Positions 13,177-27,719 of a stretch of DNA of 64,000 bases are shown piece by piece. The DNA comes from Octopus sinensis (Eukaryota), in assembly GCF_006345805.1 (NCBI RefSeq), contig NC_042998.1:179304001-179368000 (forward strand). The letters run 5' to 3'. The translations under genes and the position numbers were made by a program. The notes under the pieces were generated by a model that saw nothing but the letters and a program-made list of their open reading frames with translations, did no database searches and was not told where the DNA came from. Positions within the stretch are counted from its first letter, which is position 1; the number at the start of each line of letters is the position of its first letter.

Positions 13177-13321
13177 TAAAATCAGTCAGTTGTTCATAAA
13201 ATCTGACAAAAAAGACACTCTAAAAAGTTTCTTGAACAGAAATCTTTTGCACAGCTGTTAGTTATGGCTGGTCAGAAACCAAGTGTAACTGTCTGATTGC
13301 CCAAAACATAACCAATGATAA

Positions 13322-13358
<37 letters not shown>

Positions 13359-14113
13359 ACTTATGTGTGTGTCTGCATATATATATATATAAACATATAA
13401 ATATATGACTATATAAATAATGTGTCATATATAAATATATACAAATGCACAGACACATACTTATACATATGAACACATGCCACACAGTCACTCACACATT
13501 TACATATGACACACTAATGGTTTCATTTCGTATAGCTCCTTAATTTTCTTAATTGCTTTCAATGAAAGTGAGCTAATTGATGAATTACATGTGGTAATTG
13601 ATCAAAAAAGATATTCTATCCAGGGAGGGAACCTGAGTTTAATGTTTCTCATTCATGTCAAGAACACTAGACTAGAGAAGCTATTCATTAAAATGAAATC
13701 ATTAAAAGCTGCTAACAGACACTGGAATAACCAATCAATTATTAATACCCGCTAATTAAGTTTGAAGATTTTAAACAGCTGTAGATAATGCCAAGGTTTT
13801 GTGCCCATAAATAAACCATAAAGAGATTGACGTTTGTTGTTGTTGCTGTTGTTGTTGTTGTTCTCGATGGTTCTGTTTTGTCTACTAGTTTCCTTTTATC
13901 TATTCGTGGCTCTTTTAATACAGGGCAACATGTGTCAGTTATGACATTCATGACTGAATCCATATGATTGATTTTTTTCAATCATATTTTCCTAATTTCT
14001 ATAACAAAAATCATATTAAAAAGGAAATTATACAAATAAATGAATAAATAAAATTTCATGAACACCAAAATGCAAGTATATGTGTGTGTGTACATATGTA
14101 TTTATGTATGTGC

Positions 14114-14156
<43 letters not shown>

Positions 14157-15928
14157 CAAAATTTGTCAACAAAAGCAAGAAAGGGCACTCAATATTTGGT
14201 GTTTTTGATTTAGTTAATCTGAATGATTTTGTTCAAGACTTGAGTTTCATGCTATTGCAATTTTCAGGCAAGAACTATTTTCTCTCAGTATTCTAGTCAA
14301 TTTTATATATATCTGAATAGGTTTTTATTAGCTAATTTCTAATGCCTTATGAGGTGTGTCATTATTTCATTTGCTAAATTCATTGATTGTACCTTTTCCA
14401 TGGATGGGCTTCACTGATGTTTATCTGTATATTGTCCTTCAAATTCTGTTGGTCTGGAGTTATTTTTATGAAATTAATTATCTAAATATCATTGCCATTG
14501 GTCAGTTCAATAGTCAAGCTCTTCATCTGTGTAATCAATTCCAGTTTTTCAAACCTGTATCATGTTTTACTAGAACTGTTTATTTGTTTCTTTCCCCTTA
14601 TTCATTGGTTCATTCAGTAATTGTCTTGTATTTACCTGTTGATTACATTGTTTATATCCTGCCTGGTTAATGTTGGTCTGTCTACTTCATAAATTATTAT
14701 TTCAGCATCACTAAAAATATCTGACAGCACTGAAGATATTTTCAGTATATTCTGAGAGTGTGTGTACATGGGTTGCATTGTATCACCCGTTTCATGACCC
14801 TAAAATATCATGTTTACCTTCTGCTAAATTTTGTTGTCAGTATTTTGATGTTAGCATTTTTGTACTTCTACTGGTATTTACCCTGCTGTTATATTTGTGG
14901 GTATTTACATTATTTGCAGATCAGAGTAGGATGCAATTATGCAACGAACAAGCAGAGACAAAACAACTATTGAACTGGTCAACGAGAAATGATGTGCAGG
15001 TATGAAATTTCAAAAAATCCAACTTTGGTCTAACAAAGTACAAAAATGTAATACATAAGTAAAAAATAGAATAACAGGAAATGAAGCAACAACCATGGAC
15101 AATGCCCTGATAAAAGAACATTAGAAAGGAGTTAAAAGAAATTATAGCTACAGCAAAAGACTGAACTTGTTCTGATATATATATGTATATATATATAAAT
15201 ATAAAAGCAACCCAAATACCAAATGAAAAATGTTTTTGCCTGAGGATTGCAGTGACAGCAAACTCAAGTTGAGAGAAAAGTAAAATAAAATTTTTTAAAA
15301 AAAGGGGATTCAGTTTATATAAATCCATGTTTTTATGTGTTTGTGTCTGCAAGTGTGTATTTAGCAAAACTGAGTTTCATTAGTTGTGGCGTCTCAGATA
15401 TTTAGTTATCAAAAATTTGCTGTTTTCAATTTAGAATGCCTTTAGAGTTATGCCCATTAAAACCATTTAAGACAGACATTTAGCAAATGTTCCTTCATTT
15501 TAAAGAAACCTTTTTTTTTTTAACAAATGTTTATTCGTATTTCCCTTCAAAAAAATAAAAGAAAAATGAATCAAATATTATTTGTGAAATTGTTTATAAA
15601 ATGGACTTTTTCCCATAAAACTGGTTCAGAATTTTACCTCTAGAATTCAAGCAAATATTTGCTATATTTTATTTTAATGTATTTTTTTTTTCCATTAGAA
15701 GGACAGTAAACAGAGCATGGAAACAGATGGTCAATTTCATCTTAATACCATCAGGTTTGGCAATGTCACATCACTTTGATGATTCTTTAAGAAATATAAC
15801 TTATTGCCAGATTGCCATAACCATTCTTAGTGAATGAATGTAAGTTTCAGAATGAGCATTCAAGTTTTTTCTGATTACATTCATTTGAGATTATGGATTT
15901 CAAATCGAGATCTTAGTCCCCAGCAATA

Positions 15929-16384
15929 TTATACTTCAGTTTTTTCTGTGTCAAACTTTGCATTGTGGTTTGCATACACTATCTGGGCTTTGCCTCCTGA
16001 TGATGAAAACGTGTTTGCTGGGGAATGAGGTGGTGTAGATGTCTTTCTTTTTTGGTGTAAGAAAACAATAATTCCAACAATAAACAGCAGAAGGAGAACT
16101 GCGATTGTCACGAAAATAGGAACCATTGGGAATGATTCCACTCTTTTATTGGTGCCACGCTCCAGTGGTTTTCCTTGAGGATCCAGTAAGACGAAGGCCA
16201 TATTTGTGCCTTTACCATCATTTCCAACACCTTCTACATCAACTGTGGACCGTTTGGGACGATGTCCGGAATGATGAACTTTCACATTGTGATATTCAAT
16301 ACTGCGTTTGCCCATGATTGATGCATTCTCTTGAGAACGAATTGTATAAATGACATGTAGGAACCAAGGGCGAATTGGACTAAC
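15929..16384 (-). CDS. FREM2: FREM2-like terminal coding exon (furin-type site, TM helix, PDZ-binding tail)
   Basis: tttcag|GTT, 456 nt to TAA; [32 protein letters not shown]...HRPKRST...[30 protein letters not shown]...FDTEKTEV-stop. Confidence 0.94.
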   Translation of the reverse strand, partial: VSPIRPWFLHVIYTIRSQENASIMGKRSIEYHNVKVHHSGHRPKRSTVDVEGVGNDGKGTNMAFVLLDPQGKPLERGTNKRVESFPMVPIFVTIAVLLLLFIVGIIVFLHQKRKTSTPPHSPANTFSSSGGKAQIVYANHNAKFDTEKTEV

Positions 16385-17213
16385 CTGAAATTAAAGGAAG
16401 GTTTGCAGAGATGAACATGTGTAAAAGAGAAATTATAAACTACAATTGGAAGAACTATACGTGTGTGTAATTGATATAAACATGTTTATGTGTATATGTA
16501 TATGTGTAGGTGTGTGTATTGAAAACTTCCTTCTAAAAAATTTGTGATTTGTTTTCTTTTAAAATGTTTTTTTAAATATAATTAATAATTTTTATTTTAT
16601 GAAAATCTTTCTTTAAATATTGTGATTATATCAAATATTTTTTGCAAAGACTTTTTTAAAGATATATATATGCGTGTATATATGTTTTTAAAGAAGATTA
16701 AAAGTAGCAAAACACAACTGAAAAAATTACTCAATCTCAAAGTATTGTATTTCAGTCAAATATTTTATTTGACAGTCAAAGTTTCACCAATAACAGCTTG
16801 TCAAACAATGAAGAAAATAAAGGCAATGTAAACAAGAACAAAGATTAGAAATAGTATAAAGATTAAAAAAATATAATAATTATTATTATTATAATAGTAA
16901 TTATTATCTATATTACAATATTACATTAAATATTATGAATATAATATAGCATAATATTATATAACATAAATAATTATAAAAACCTTTGTCTTGGCCTTTT
17001 ATGGTTTTTATGTTATATTATATTATATTCATTGTATTTAATATAATATTGTAATATAAATAAATTATTGGATTGTCAATAGTATATCTCTATGTTTAAT
17101 TTATCTGTATAATAGAATTATACCAATATTTATATGGTATCCAACTGAAGTACCAGTGAATTGGATGTTTAACACACCCCTTTGAAGGATATCTTTTTCT
17201 CAGTTTGTTACTT

Positions 17214-17276
<63 letters not shown>

Positions 17277-20200
17277 GTACATACATACATATATATATAT
17301 CATATATAGTGGGCATCTGCACAGTATTCCTGTCTACCAAATTCCCTCTCAAGTCCTTGGTAGGTCTGGGACTATAGAAGAAGGCACCCTCCCAAAGTTC
17401 TACAGAGTAGGACTGAACCTAAAACAGCATGTATACAGCCATACTAGGAAATGTTGAGAAACTGCATTTGTCTTACCTGAAACAAAGGTGCAGAGGAGAA
17501 CGTGAATCCATCAGCACCAGGTGTATTGGTGAGTCTGAAAGCCGAAGAGTCTTCCCTTGCAAACGTAGCATTGAAAGAGACGTTGTGAAATAGTTTATCA
17601 GTTGTATGTGGAGCAGCTCGGTCCTGTAATTAAAATTACATATTTTTGAAAAAACAAAGAAATAAATATCATAATTATTGTTATTAAATGTTGTTGTGTC
17701 TGGGGAGGGTCATTCCGCCTTAATATCTAACACACTCACTTGTTCAATTTCCACTCATTTATTATTTATATATATATATTTTTTTCCTTGCTTTTGCAAC
17801 CTTGTCAATGCATGTTGTGAACATTCATGGTCAAAGCTGCAAAAGCAACAAAAATTACGGAAAAGATAAAATATAAGTGAGTGGAAATTGAATCGGTGAG
17901 TGTGTTAGATATTAAGGCAGTGTGACTCCCCAGACACAACAACAATTCCTGTAGTTACAGAGAACTGGGATTACTAATTTGCATACTGTAAGTTTTAACA
18001 CTTTATTTTTTATACCAGAGACCTGTCAATAAAGATTTCAGTCCACACAGTATGAAGGTATGATATGATATATTTTACCTATATGTGAACACAATCCTTT
18101 TCATATAATTTTTACATAATTTAGCTTTAAGGTTGCACTCATACTGACCAGCCTGAGTGACTGAGCTTTTATAGGGTGCTTCAGACTGTTAAAAATAGCA
18201 ACCAATTCTCCCTGAAGTTGCACATTACTGTTCTTAAAAATGGAAGGACAAATTGATGATTGCAGTCTCGCACACTCTAAGTCTAATGACAGTATTCAAT
18301 AAGACATAACCAAGTTCAAATTTAGTTCATTGGCCATAATGAAAACAACAATAATACAAATATTAAAAAAAAAAACTTAAATGAAAATTCTAAAATTTGG
18401 TTAAGATGAGAAAGAATTTAAAAAAAAAGGAAGAATCTTACCAATATTTTGAAAACATATTGCAAATTGGCAGATTTCTCAACACAGCCATATTCTCGAT
18501 TTTGCGGATCATATTTTGGAATGTAACCCATCTGGCCAGAACAGAGGAAAACCATTTCAAGACCGAGATTGGAAGGGTCTCTTTGACTGATAATAGGGTC
18601 AGTGTTAATACGTCCATAAATAGGGTTTCCTAGAAAGGTAAAGATAAATAGATAAATAAATATATATATATATAAATATATAGATAAATAAATTAATTAA
18701 AATCAATTCCATCATCATGTAGTTATTTGAAGAATATATGATGAATATATGAAGAATACTGAAATTTTATGTACCAACTCAGAACTTCAACAAATTTTCA
18801 ATCATTAAGAACACAAAAGAAAAAAGTATTTATTTAATTAATAAAATAATATACAAAGAAACAAGTTTCAGTTCATTACCATAAGTAAAAACATCATTAT
18901 TTGCAGAACTTATTGAATTTTCTCCAAGCCAGATATCTCGCTTCTGTGTCAAATGGAATTCTGTATTGAGGCTGAAACGTGCTGGAACTGGATCTGAGAT
19001 TTGCTGTAAACGTATTGGTAAATCAAAGGATATGGTTTCTTGAGGCTCACAAGACATAGCATTATTGAATTCTTCACTTAAAGGTAGTGTACAGGACACC
19101 AGTTTAACTTTGTATTGACCAGAATAATCATCGATCTGTAATGATAAGTTAACATTTTATTATTACATCATTTATTTTCACTATCAGTCGCAAAAAGATT
19201 TTAAAAAAAGCCTAACAAGCTGAACTAAATGTCAAATAGTACCGAGTGTTTCGCTTCTATTTTTCTGATTTCAAATCCTGCAGGGTCAACCTTGTACCTT
19301 GTGTCTTTTTCTACTATTTGTAAAATAAGAATTGGTCTTGCATTGGTTTTGATTTTAATCAAACCTTTAGTATTGAAGTCAGTCATATCTGACCTACTCA
19401 TTTCTGTTTATGTTATAGCTAGTTCTGGTCCCTCACACCTGCCCTACAATGTCACTTAAAAATAAGCATGTCCCCTCGTACCGGTGGAATGTAAAAGCAC
19501 CCACTACACTCTCGGAGTGGTTGGCATTAGGAGGGGCATCCAACTGTAGAAACTCTGCCAGATCAAGATTGGAGTCTGGTGCAGCCATCTGGTTCGCCAG
19601 CCCTCAGTCAAATCGTCCAACACATGCTAGCATGGAAAGCGGACGTTAAACAATGATGATGATGATGATGATAGTTGAAATCTTGAAGCTACCAGATAAT
19701 GCATGATTAATTTGAAACAATGTAAATAAATCAACATTACATTTGACAGAATAATCTGCTCTAAAAATGCATGCCTTTTTAACCAATGTAAGGCTATAGA
19801 AGGGTCAAATAAATTGCTCACTGGTTGAGTAGCTGATGGGTTTACAGTTACTGTCCAGTTACTAGCTCTTTGCAATGTCAGTAGTTAAGATAATGTGAAG
19901 TCACATGGATTAGTGGTTAGGGTATTTGGCTCAGGATCATAAAGTCGTGAGTTCAATTCCTGGTGACATGTTGTATCCTTGAGCAGAACACTTCATTTCA
20001 CATTGCTCCAGTCCACTCACCTGGCAAAAATGAGTGGTACCTGTATTTCAAAGGGCCAGCCTTGTCACACCCTCTCTCACACTGAATCTCCCTGAGAATT
20101 ACGTTAAGGGTACATGCATCTGTGGAGTGCACAGCCACTTGTACATTATTTTCATGAGCAAGCTGTTCCATTAATCGTATCAGCTGGGACTCCTTTTTTT

Positions 20201-23200
20201 GTTTAGATAGCAGTTACTTAATTTTGAGTTGGCAATGCAGTGAAGAGGTTCACTTCAACACAGTAATATAACATAAAATTGATAGATTTTTGTGGGGTGG
20301 CGGGCTTGCAAAGCAAGTTCACTTTAGTCTATTTAGAAGTTGATAGATGAAAGTAACAAAACAGTTGACTAAAGTTCTATACATGCGAAACCCTATCATA
20401 TTTTAAATGGTATGTAGAATGCTTTACTGAGGTATTTTCCCTTTGCCCTATTGTTAAATTGCAGCAACATTGAACCACCTGCAACATGTTCATTGATGTA
20501 GTATCTTTATTTATTATATTACATAGATATTTTGAAAACATATGATGTATCTGTTATTAAAACTTTATTATATGTCTATTTTAAAAAGCATGTATATTTT
20601 AAACCAAATTACATGTATTTTTTAATTGCATAGTATGTATGGGCTAAAACCATATTACATGTAAATTTTAAACAGCAAAACATATTTTGAATATAGTTAA
20701 TTGTGATTATTGCAGTTCACATTAATTAATGGGAAACAGTGAGGAAAAATATAATCAGAAATACTTACACCAAAATCTGATGTGAAGCGCCAAGTCTGCA
20801 CTGGTTCCTGATATGTTTGTTCACTTTGAAGAAGTTCCAGAGTAAAAGTGAGATCAGGATGACTGATAGAAACCACCATTGATTCAATATCACTATCTAG
20901 AATTTACAAGAAAAAAAACAAAATTTAGATATTTTGCATACTGTGTTTCACTTGTGTGTGCTGAGGGGCGTTGGGGGTGTGGATCTGCCAATTTTGTAAT
21001 TGTGGTGAATGCTATGATACCAGAAATTGCAGCTGTGATACCAGTGCCGGTGGTACGTAAGCAAACCATCCGAACGTGGCCGTTGCTAGCGCCACCCCGA
21101 CTGGCCTCGTGCCGGTGGCACGTAAAAAGCACCATCCAATCGTGGCCGTTTGCCAGCCTCGTCTGGCACCTGTGCCGGTGGCACGTAAAAGCACCCACAA
21201 CACTCACGGAATGGTTGGCATTAGGAAGGGCATCCAGCCGTAGAAACATTGCCAGATCAGACTGGGCCTGGTGCAGCCTTCTGGCTCCCCAGACGCCAGT
21301 TGAACCGTCCAACTCATGCTAGCATGGGAAAGCAGATGCTAAACGATGATGATGATGATGATGATGATGGTGAATGAAACTTGAGAAGAAATAATTAACT
21401 GTTCCAGCCTACGAAAGAAAACTTCTAGTTTGAAGATATAAATCTTATTTTTGAAAATGTTAAGTAAACCCTTCAAGATAGTGCCCCAGCATGGTTGGAG
21501 TCCAACAATTGTTCATGATACAACTGAGAGGTTAAATGAAGAAAAACGAAAAGAAATTAAAAGAAGACACTTACCTAGATGTGAGGTAACAAAAAGCCCA
21601 TGAAATAATGCTTTGCTCTTGAAATCTACTCTCAGTTTGCCATCATTCAAAATAGTCATACTGGAAGGATAGAGAACACCTGAAATAGAAAGCAAAGGCT
21701 AATGAGTTATGATCCATGTTGATGGTGATATGAGCAAGGGGCTATTCAATGAGGTTTGGAGTTTTACACAGAAGTGAACTATACTGTTGAATAATAGCTA
21801 TAACAACCCTAGTGAATATATGCATTAATTGACTAAAAAATTGAGACTAAATGAACATGTAGTTCAACGACTGACTACATTACTATTGTATAAGGCACCA
21901 TTCGAGTGTGAGCGTTGCCAGCTTTGCCTTACTGGCACTTGTGCCCCGGGCTAGTAGGGTGCTAAGAGCACCATCCAAGTGTGATTGTTGCCAGAGCGGT
22001 TAACTGGCTTCTGTGCCAGTGGTATGTAGGAGGCACCATTCGAGCGGGGTCGTTACCAGCATTGCCTTACTGGCACCTGTGCCGTTGGCATGTGTAAAAA
22101 ATTTGAGCGAGGTCGTTGCCAGCACTGCCTGACTGCCCCTGTGCCGGTGGCACGTAAAAGCACCCACTACACTCTCAGAGTGGTTGGAGTTAGGAAGGGC
22201 ATCCAGCTGTAGAAACTCTGCCAGATCAAGACTGAAGCCTGGTGCAGCCATCTGGTTCGCCAGCCCAGAGTCAAACCGTCCAACCTATGCTAGCATGGAA
22301 AGCGGACGTTAAACGACGATGATGATGATGATGATGATTATGTTGTATTCAATGAATCAATTAATTTTAAATAATTAATTATGTTTGTATCACAGTCTTT
22401 CTAGTCTTGGAAAATGGTTGCGAACTCTGACAGAAAATTCTTACAAACGTGTTTTTGTTTTTATTAAAAACCTTTTTTTTAACTAAAACTCTATTCACAG
22501 TATATGTATGAAGTAATGGATTTTGGCATATCTAACCTTTTTGTGTTGCTTGGGTATCGGAACCAATGCCATATTGCCACAGACTTGGTGTATCATAGGA
22601 GAATCTCATTGACAGTTGTAAACTAGTGTCAAAATGTTGCCAACCAACAGGAACGTCAGGTGAATGAAAGACGTACGATAAATACAGAGGAAGCTTCAAC
22701 GTCATAAACGATTGCTTGGATTCGGGTATCTAGAGAAGAAAAAGAAAAAAAAGGCGAAATAAAGGATTAAATATGGTAAATGATATTTATTATATCTTAT
22801 TGAATTCTGTAGAATATACATTAGAGGAATTCTCGATAAATCAGACGATACAAAGGCATACTTTCTTTTAGTAGATAATATAGAAGTATAAGAAAAAAGG
22901 AACATGCGCTTTTTTAATAATGCATTATGAATCTAAGGGAAGTAATTTATGTGTAAAAATATAGTAATCATTTCCCTTGACAAAATTCAATAGTTGTAAG
23001 GGAGATAACTACATATGAAATAATGTCTATCGGGAGGATTCCGTAAGAATTTTCGTGTTTTAAATATACGAAGTAAGTTTCATGAAGGTGAAATTTCAAG
23101 ACACTGTATAGACTTATGGTTCAAACATTCGCTAAAAATATAGGCACAACATCGCTGTATGGTCGAGAAGTTTGTTTCGTAATCATACGGCTACGAGTTC

Positions 23201-24775
23201 AATCCTGCTGCACAACACCTTTGATTTAAGTAGAATTTGGCATGCAGAAACTGAGCATAAACTCATTATATGTGTGTGTGTATGCATGTACGCGCGACCG
23301 CACACACACATGCACACACACAGACACACACACACACAGACACACACACACACACACATTTCTAAGTGTGTTTAATGTCTCTGAGTATATAAACAGGTAT
23401 ACAGGCGGCGAGCTGGCAGAAACGTTAGCACGCCGGGCGAAATGCGTAGCCGTATTGCGTCTGTCGTTACGTTCTGAGTTCAAATTCCGCCGAGGTTGAC
23501 TTTGCCTTTCATCCTTTCGTGGTCGATAAATAGAGTACCAGTTTCGCACTGGGGTCGATGTAATCGACTTAATCCCTTTGTCTGTCCTTGTTTGCCCCCT
23601 CTATGTTTAGCCCCTTGTGGATAGTAAAGAAATATATAAACAGGTATGTATATATATGAGCAGCTGTCCGGCTTCCGTACCGGTGGCGCGTAAAAAGCAC
23701 CATTTGAGCGTGATCGTTACCAATGTCGCCTTACTGGCACTTGTGCCGGTGGCACATGAACAATATATTCGAGCGAGGTCGTTGCCAGTGCCACTGGACT
23801 GAGTCCTGTGCAGGTGGCACGTAAAAACCACCATTTCGAGTGTGGCCGATGCCTGTACCGCCAGACTGGCCCTCGGGCCAGTGGCACGTAAAAAGCACCC
23901 ACTACACTCTCGGAGTGGTTGGCGTTAGGAAGGGCATCCAGCTGTAGAAACTCTGCCAGATCAGATTGGAGCCTGGCGCAGCCATCTGGTTCACCAGTCC
24001 TCAGTCAAATCGTCCAACCCATGCTAGTATGGAAAGCGGACGTCAAATGATGATAATGATAATGATGATGATGATATATATATATATATATATATACTCT
24101 TTTACTGGTTTCAGCCATTTGACTGTCGCCATGCTGGAGCACCACCTTTAGTCAAGCAAATCAAAGCCCAGTACTTATTCTATCGGTCTCTTTTGCCAAA
24201 CCGCTGTGCTGGTGGCATGTAAAAGCACTCACTACACTCTCGGAGTAGTTGCCAGATCAAATTGGAGCCTGGTGCAGTCTTCTAGCTCACCAGCCCTCAG
24301 TCAAACCGTCCAACCCATGCCAACAACGACAATGATGTTGATGATGATTTATATACATAGGCGTAGGAGTGGCTGTGTGGTAAGTAGCTTGCTTACAAAC
24401 CACATGGTTCCGGTTTCAGTCCCACTGCATGGCACCTTGGGCAAGTGTCTCCTACTATAGCCTCTGGCCGACCAAAGCCTTGTGAGTGGATTTGGTAGAC
24501 AGAATCTGAAAGAAGCCCGTCGTATAGTATATATGTATATATATATGTATGTGTGTGTGTAAATGTTTGTGTGTCTGTGTTTGTCCCCCCAACATCGCTT
24601 GACAACCGATGCTGGTGTGTTTACGTCTCCGTAACTTAGCGGTTCAGCAAAAGAGACCGATAGAATAAGTACTAGGTTTACAAACAATAAGTCCTGGGGT
24701 CAATTTGCTCGACTAAAAGGCGTTGCTATAGCATGGCCACAGTCAGATAACTGAAACAAGTAAAAGAATAAAGAG

Positions 24776-24811
<36 letters not shown>

Positions 24812-26757
24812 CACATTATAAAGTGTATTGTCAGTCTCTTTATCTTGTCTCTCAAGAAAGTAATTTATGTGCAGTGCAAGCATGTTTCTTGGAGAGAGCA
24901 GCAACAGAGTTCAATGTGCTGTGACATACTTTAATGGAACAGTCACAGAATAAAAGCTAAACTCTTTACTGATTCAGCCTGGAAGCGGGGGAGAAAAAGG
25001 GACAAAATTAGAAAAATGTGCGGGAAGAGTTAGATGAATGTAATTAAGATGTGCCAATGGAAATTAGTTGGAAATGCCAACAGTGCAGTAACACATCATT
25101 CTATAATTGGTATTTAATAGAACCAAAGTAAATAACTATACAAGCCAAACAGAATGCAGTTATTATCCTTAATTTGGGTGGTTGTTATTCAATTACTGTA
25201 GTGGCAGGTGCCGGAGTTGGGACAGTTATGTTCTCAGTAGGCTGAAGCTGTAATGAGTAGACTTTACCCCCATAAACCAGCATAAAGGAAATGAATAGAT
25301 GTATTTATTTTTGTTAACTTTCAAAGCTGGGTATAGATGGAAGTGAGATCAGCTCCACCCAGTCAACTTGTCCTAAATACTCAACGTCATGGATTTTCAA
25401 ATGAATTTTTAACTCTCGCCCCCTTTTTTTTTTTTTTAACTAACACATTTTCAGTGACCCCATTGCTACAATTCAACCAAATTAAATATACTACAAAAAA
25501 AAAAAAGAAAAAAGAAAAAAAAAGAAAAAAAAAAAAGAAAAAAATTTTGCAGACTGGTTGATTACCATTAAATAACTACTTGCACATAAGTATATTCATC
25601 AATATATATGGAATTTCAAACAAGATTTTCATCAGTAGCAATATTGCCAGATGATTCACACACAGAACAATACATGAAAATAATTTTGAAAATTAGGGCA
25701 AATTAAAAGAAACAACTATTGTCTTCTACTATTCCCTTTGTCTCTGGTACCCCTATAACATTTTCTACAGTTCCCAAGAGGTGGTACCACCCTGCTGCTT
25801 TATATAGGGATACATATTTTTAAAATCTTTTTCATTGTTTAATTTTATGTTTTAATGAGAGGTTTCTGCAATTTTCATGCAATGAATACTTCTAATTCTA
25901 AAGGCTATACACAATATAAAAATGAAATTATCCAGTATTGTCTCAACAACTGATGAATTTCTGTACTCCCTGCCATCATTACTGTATCCTTTCAATATGA
26001 CTCACTCTTATCATCCCTCATCTTCATTGTTATCCATAACTCTCTACATCATATTTCCCCATCACTCATTATATTATTCATTTCTCTCTCTCTCTCTCTC
26101 TCTCTGTTCAACTTCTTTTACTTTCTCTTCTATCCCACCAATCCTGCTTTTTTGTATTCCACCTCCTTACCAGCAACCAACATATAGCTGCTCTCTATTT
26201 CATTACTTTCTCTTCTATCTCCTTATCTCTCCTGTTTCTCTGCCTGTCCTCTATTATAATCTCTCTCCTACAAACCTATTGTCTTGGTTCTTTCTCTTTC
26301 ATCATTCTTCCTTCCAGTTACCATTTCTGTCATATTGCCTTGAATAAATTGAAATAATGTAGAGTAGAGGGGATTGTTCAATCTTGCCAAGAGTAAAGCA
26401 ATCTCTCTAATGCTGGTGTCATGATAGTATCCACCCACTACACTCTCCAAAACAAATGGTGAATGACTGGAGATGTTTTAGAGCAGAGAAGATCCTTTGG
26501 TCTTGCAAACAACAAGACAATCTCTCTATCACAGGTACCATGATAAAATGCACTCAATACTCTCTGTAAAGTGGTTGCTGTTAGGAAGGGCATCCAGCCT
26601 TAGGCATTATGCCAAAAATAGAATATATGAATGAGCTGTGATTCCTACACATCTCAGCAGGGAGTAACTCCAAATAAGAACTAATGCAGTTTATGATGAC
26701 CCATCAAACCCAAGCAAGTATTGAAAATGGATCTTACTACAGTGTTGCTTGCTGCTG

Positions 26758-26809
<52 letters not shown>

Positions 26810-27681
26810 GAAACGTTAGCACACTGTGTGAAATGCTTAGTGGTATTTCGTCTGTCTACATTCTGAGTTCAAATTCCACTGAGGTCGACTTAGTCTTTCA
26901 TCTTTTCGGGGTCGATTAAATTAGTACCAGTTACACACTGGGGTCGATGTAATCGACTTAAACCCTTTGATGATGATGATGATATGACAGGCTTCCACAC
27001 AATTTTCATCTCATAAAGCATGTATGTATGTGTGTGTGTATGCATGTGTGTATGTATGTATGTATGTAGACAGAAAGATAAAGTTTCAAATTACTTACTT
27101 CATTATCAGAAGATATTTCACCAGAACAGATAGTGATTAATTCAGACATTGCATAATAACTGGTGAATTCCCAAAGACATGTCTCCAAATTTAGGTTTCT
27201 GAAAGTAAAATTTAGAAATAAAAGAACAACATGAATGCATTATTTTATTGAACTTAGAAAGTTTGAATTCAGAATGTAAATAGAGCTTTAATAAATGCTG
27301 CTGATGTTTAGCCTCTAGCTCAACTGATTTTTTTTTTCTTAGTATTTAACCCGTATAATATTATTATATTTAGTATATGTTGTGTAAATGTACTCAAGGA
27401 CAAATGTCTGAGACTTTTGGCAATATACAGTGCTTGAGAAGAAAACCCATCAAGCTAAGTGAAATCATAGTCATGGCAACTACTGGTGTCACACAACTGG
27501 CACCCATGCTGGTGGCATGCAAATGCACCCATTACATTCTTGGAGTGGTTCGTATTAGGAAGGGCATCCAGCCATAGAAAACCATGCCAAATCAGACTAG
27601 AATCTGGTGCAGCCCCTTAGCTTACCAGCCCTGGTCAAACCGTTCAACCCATGTCAGCATGGATGTTAAATGATGATGATA

Positions 27682-27719
<38 letters not shown>

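Noticed and set aside
13742-13981. Minus-strand 79-aa ORF in unique sequence
   Set aside because: No recognisable similarity, no good splice donor, and it includes an (AAC)n tract.
15530-15673. AATAAA candidates for the FREM2-like poly(A) signal (minus strand, 15668-15673 and 15530-15535)
   Set aside because: The hexamer is frequent in this AT-rich sequence; I cannot choose one without 3' end data.
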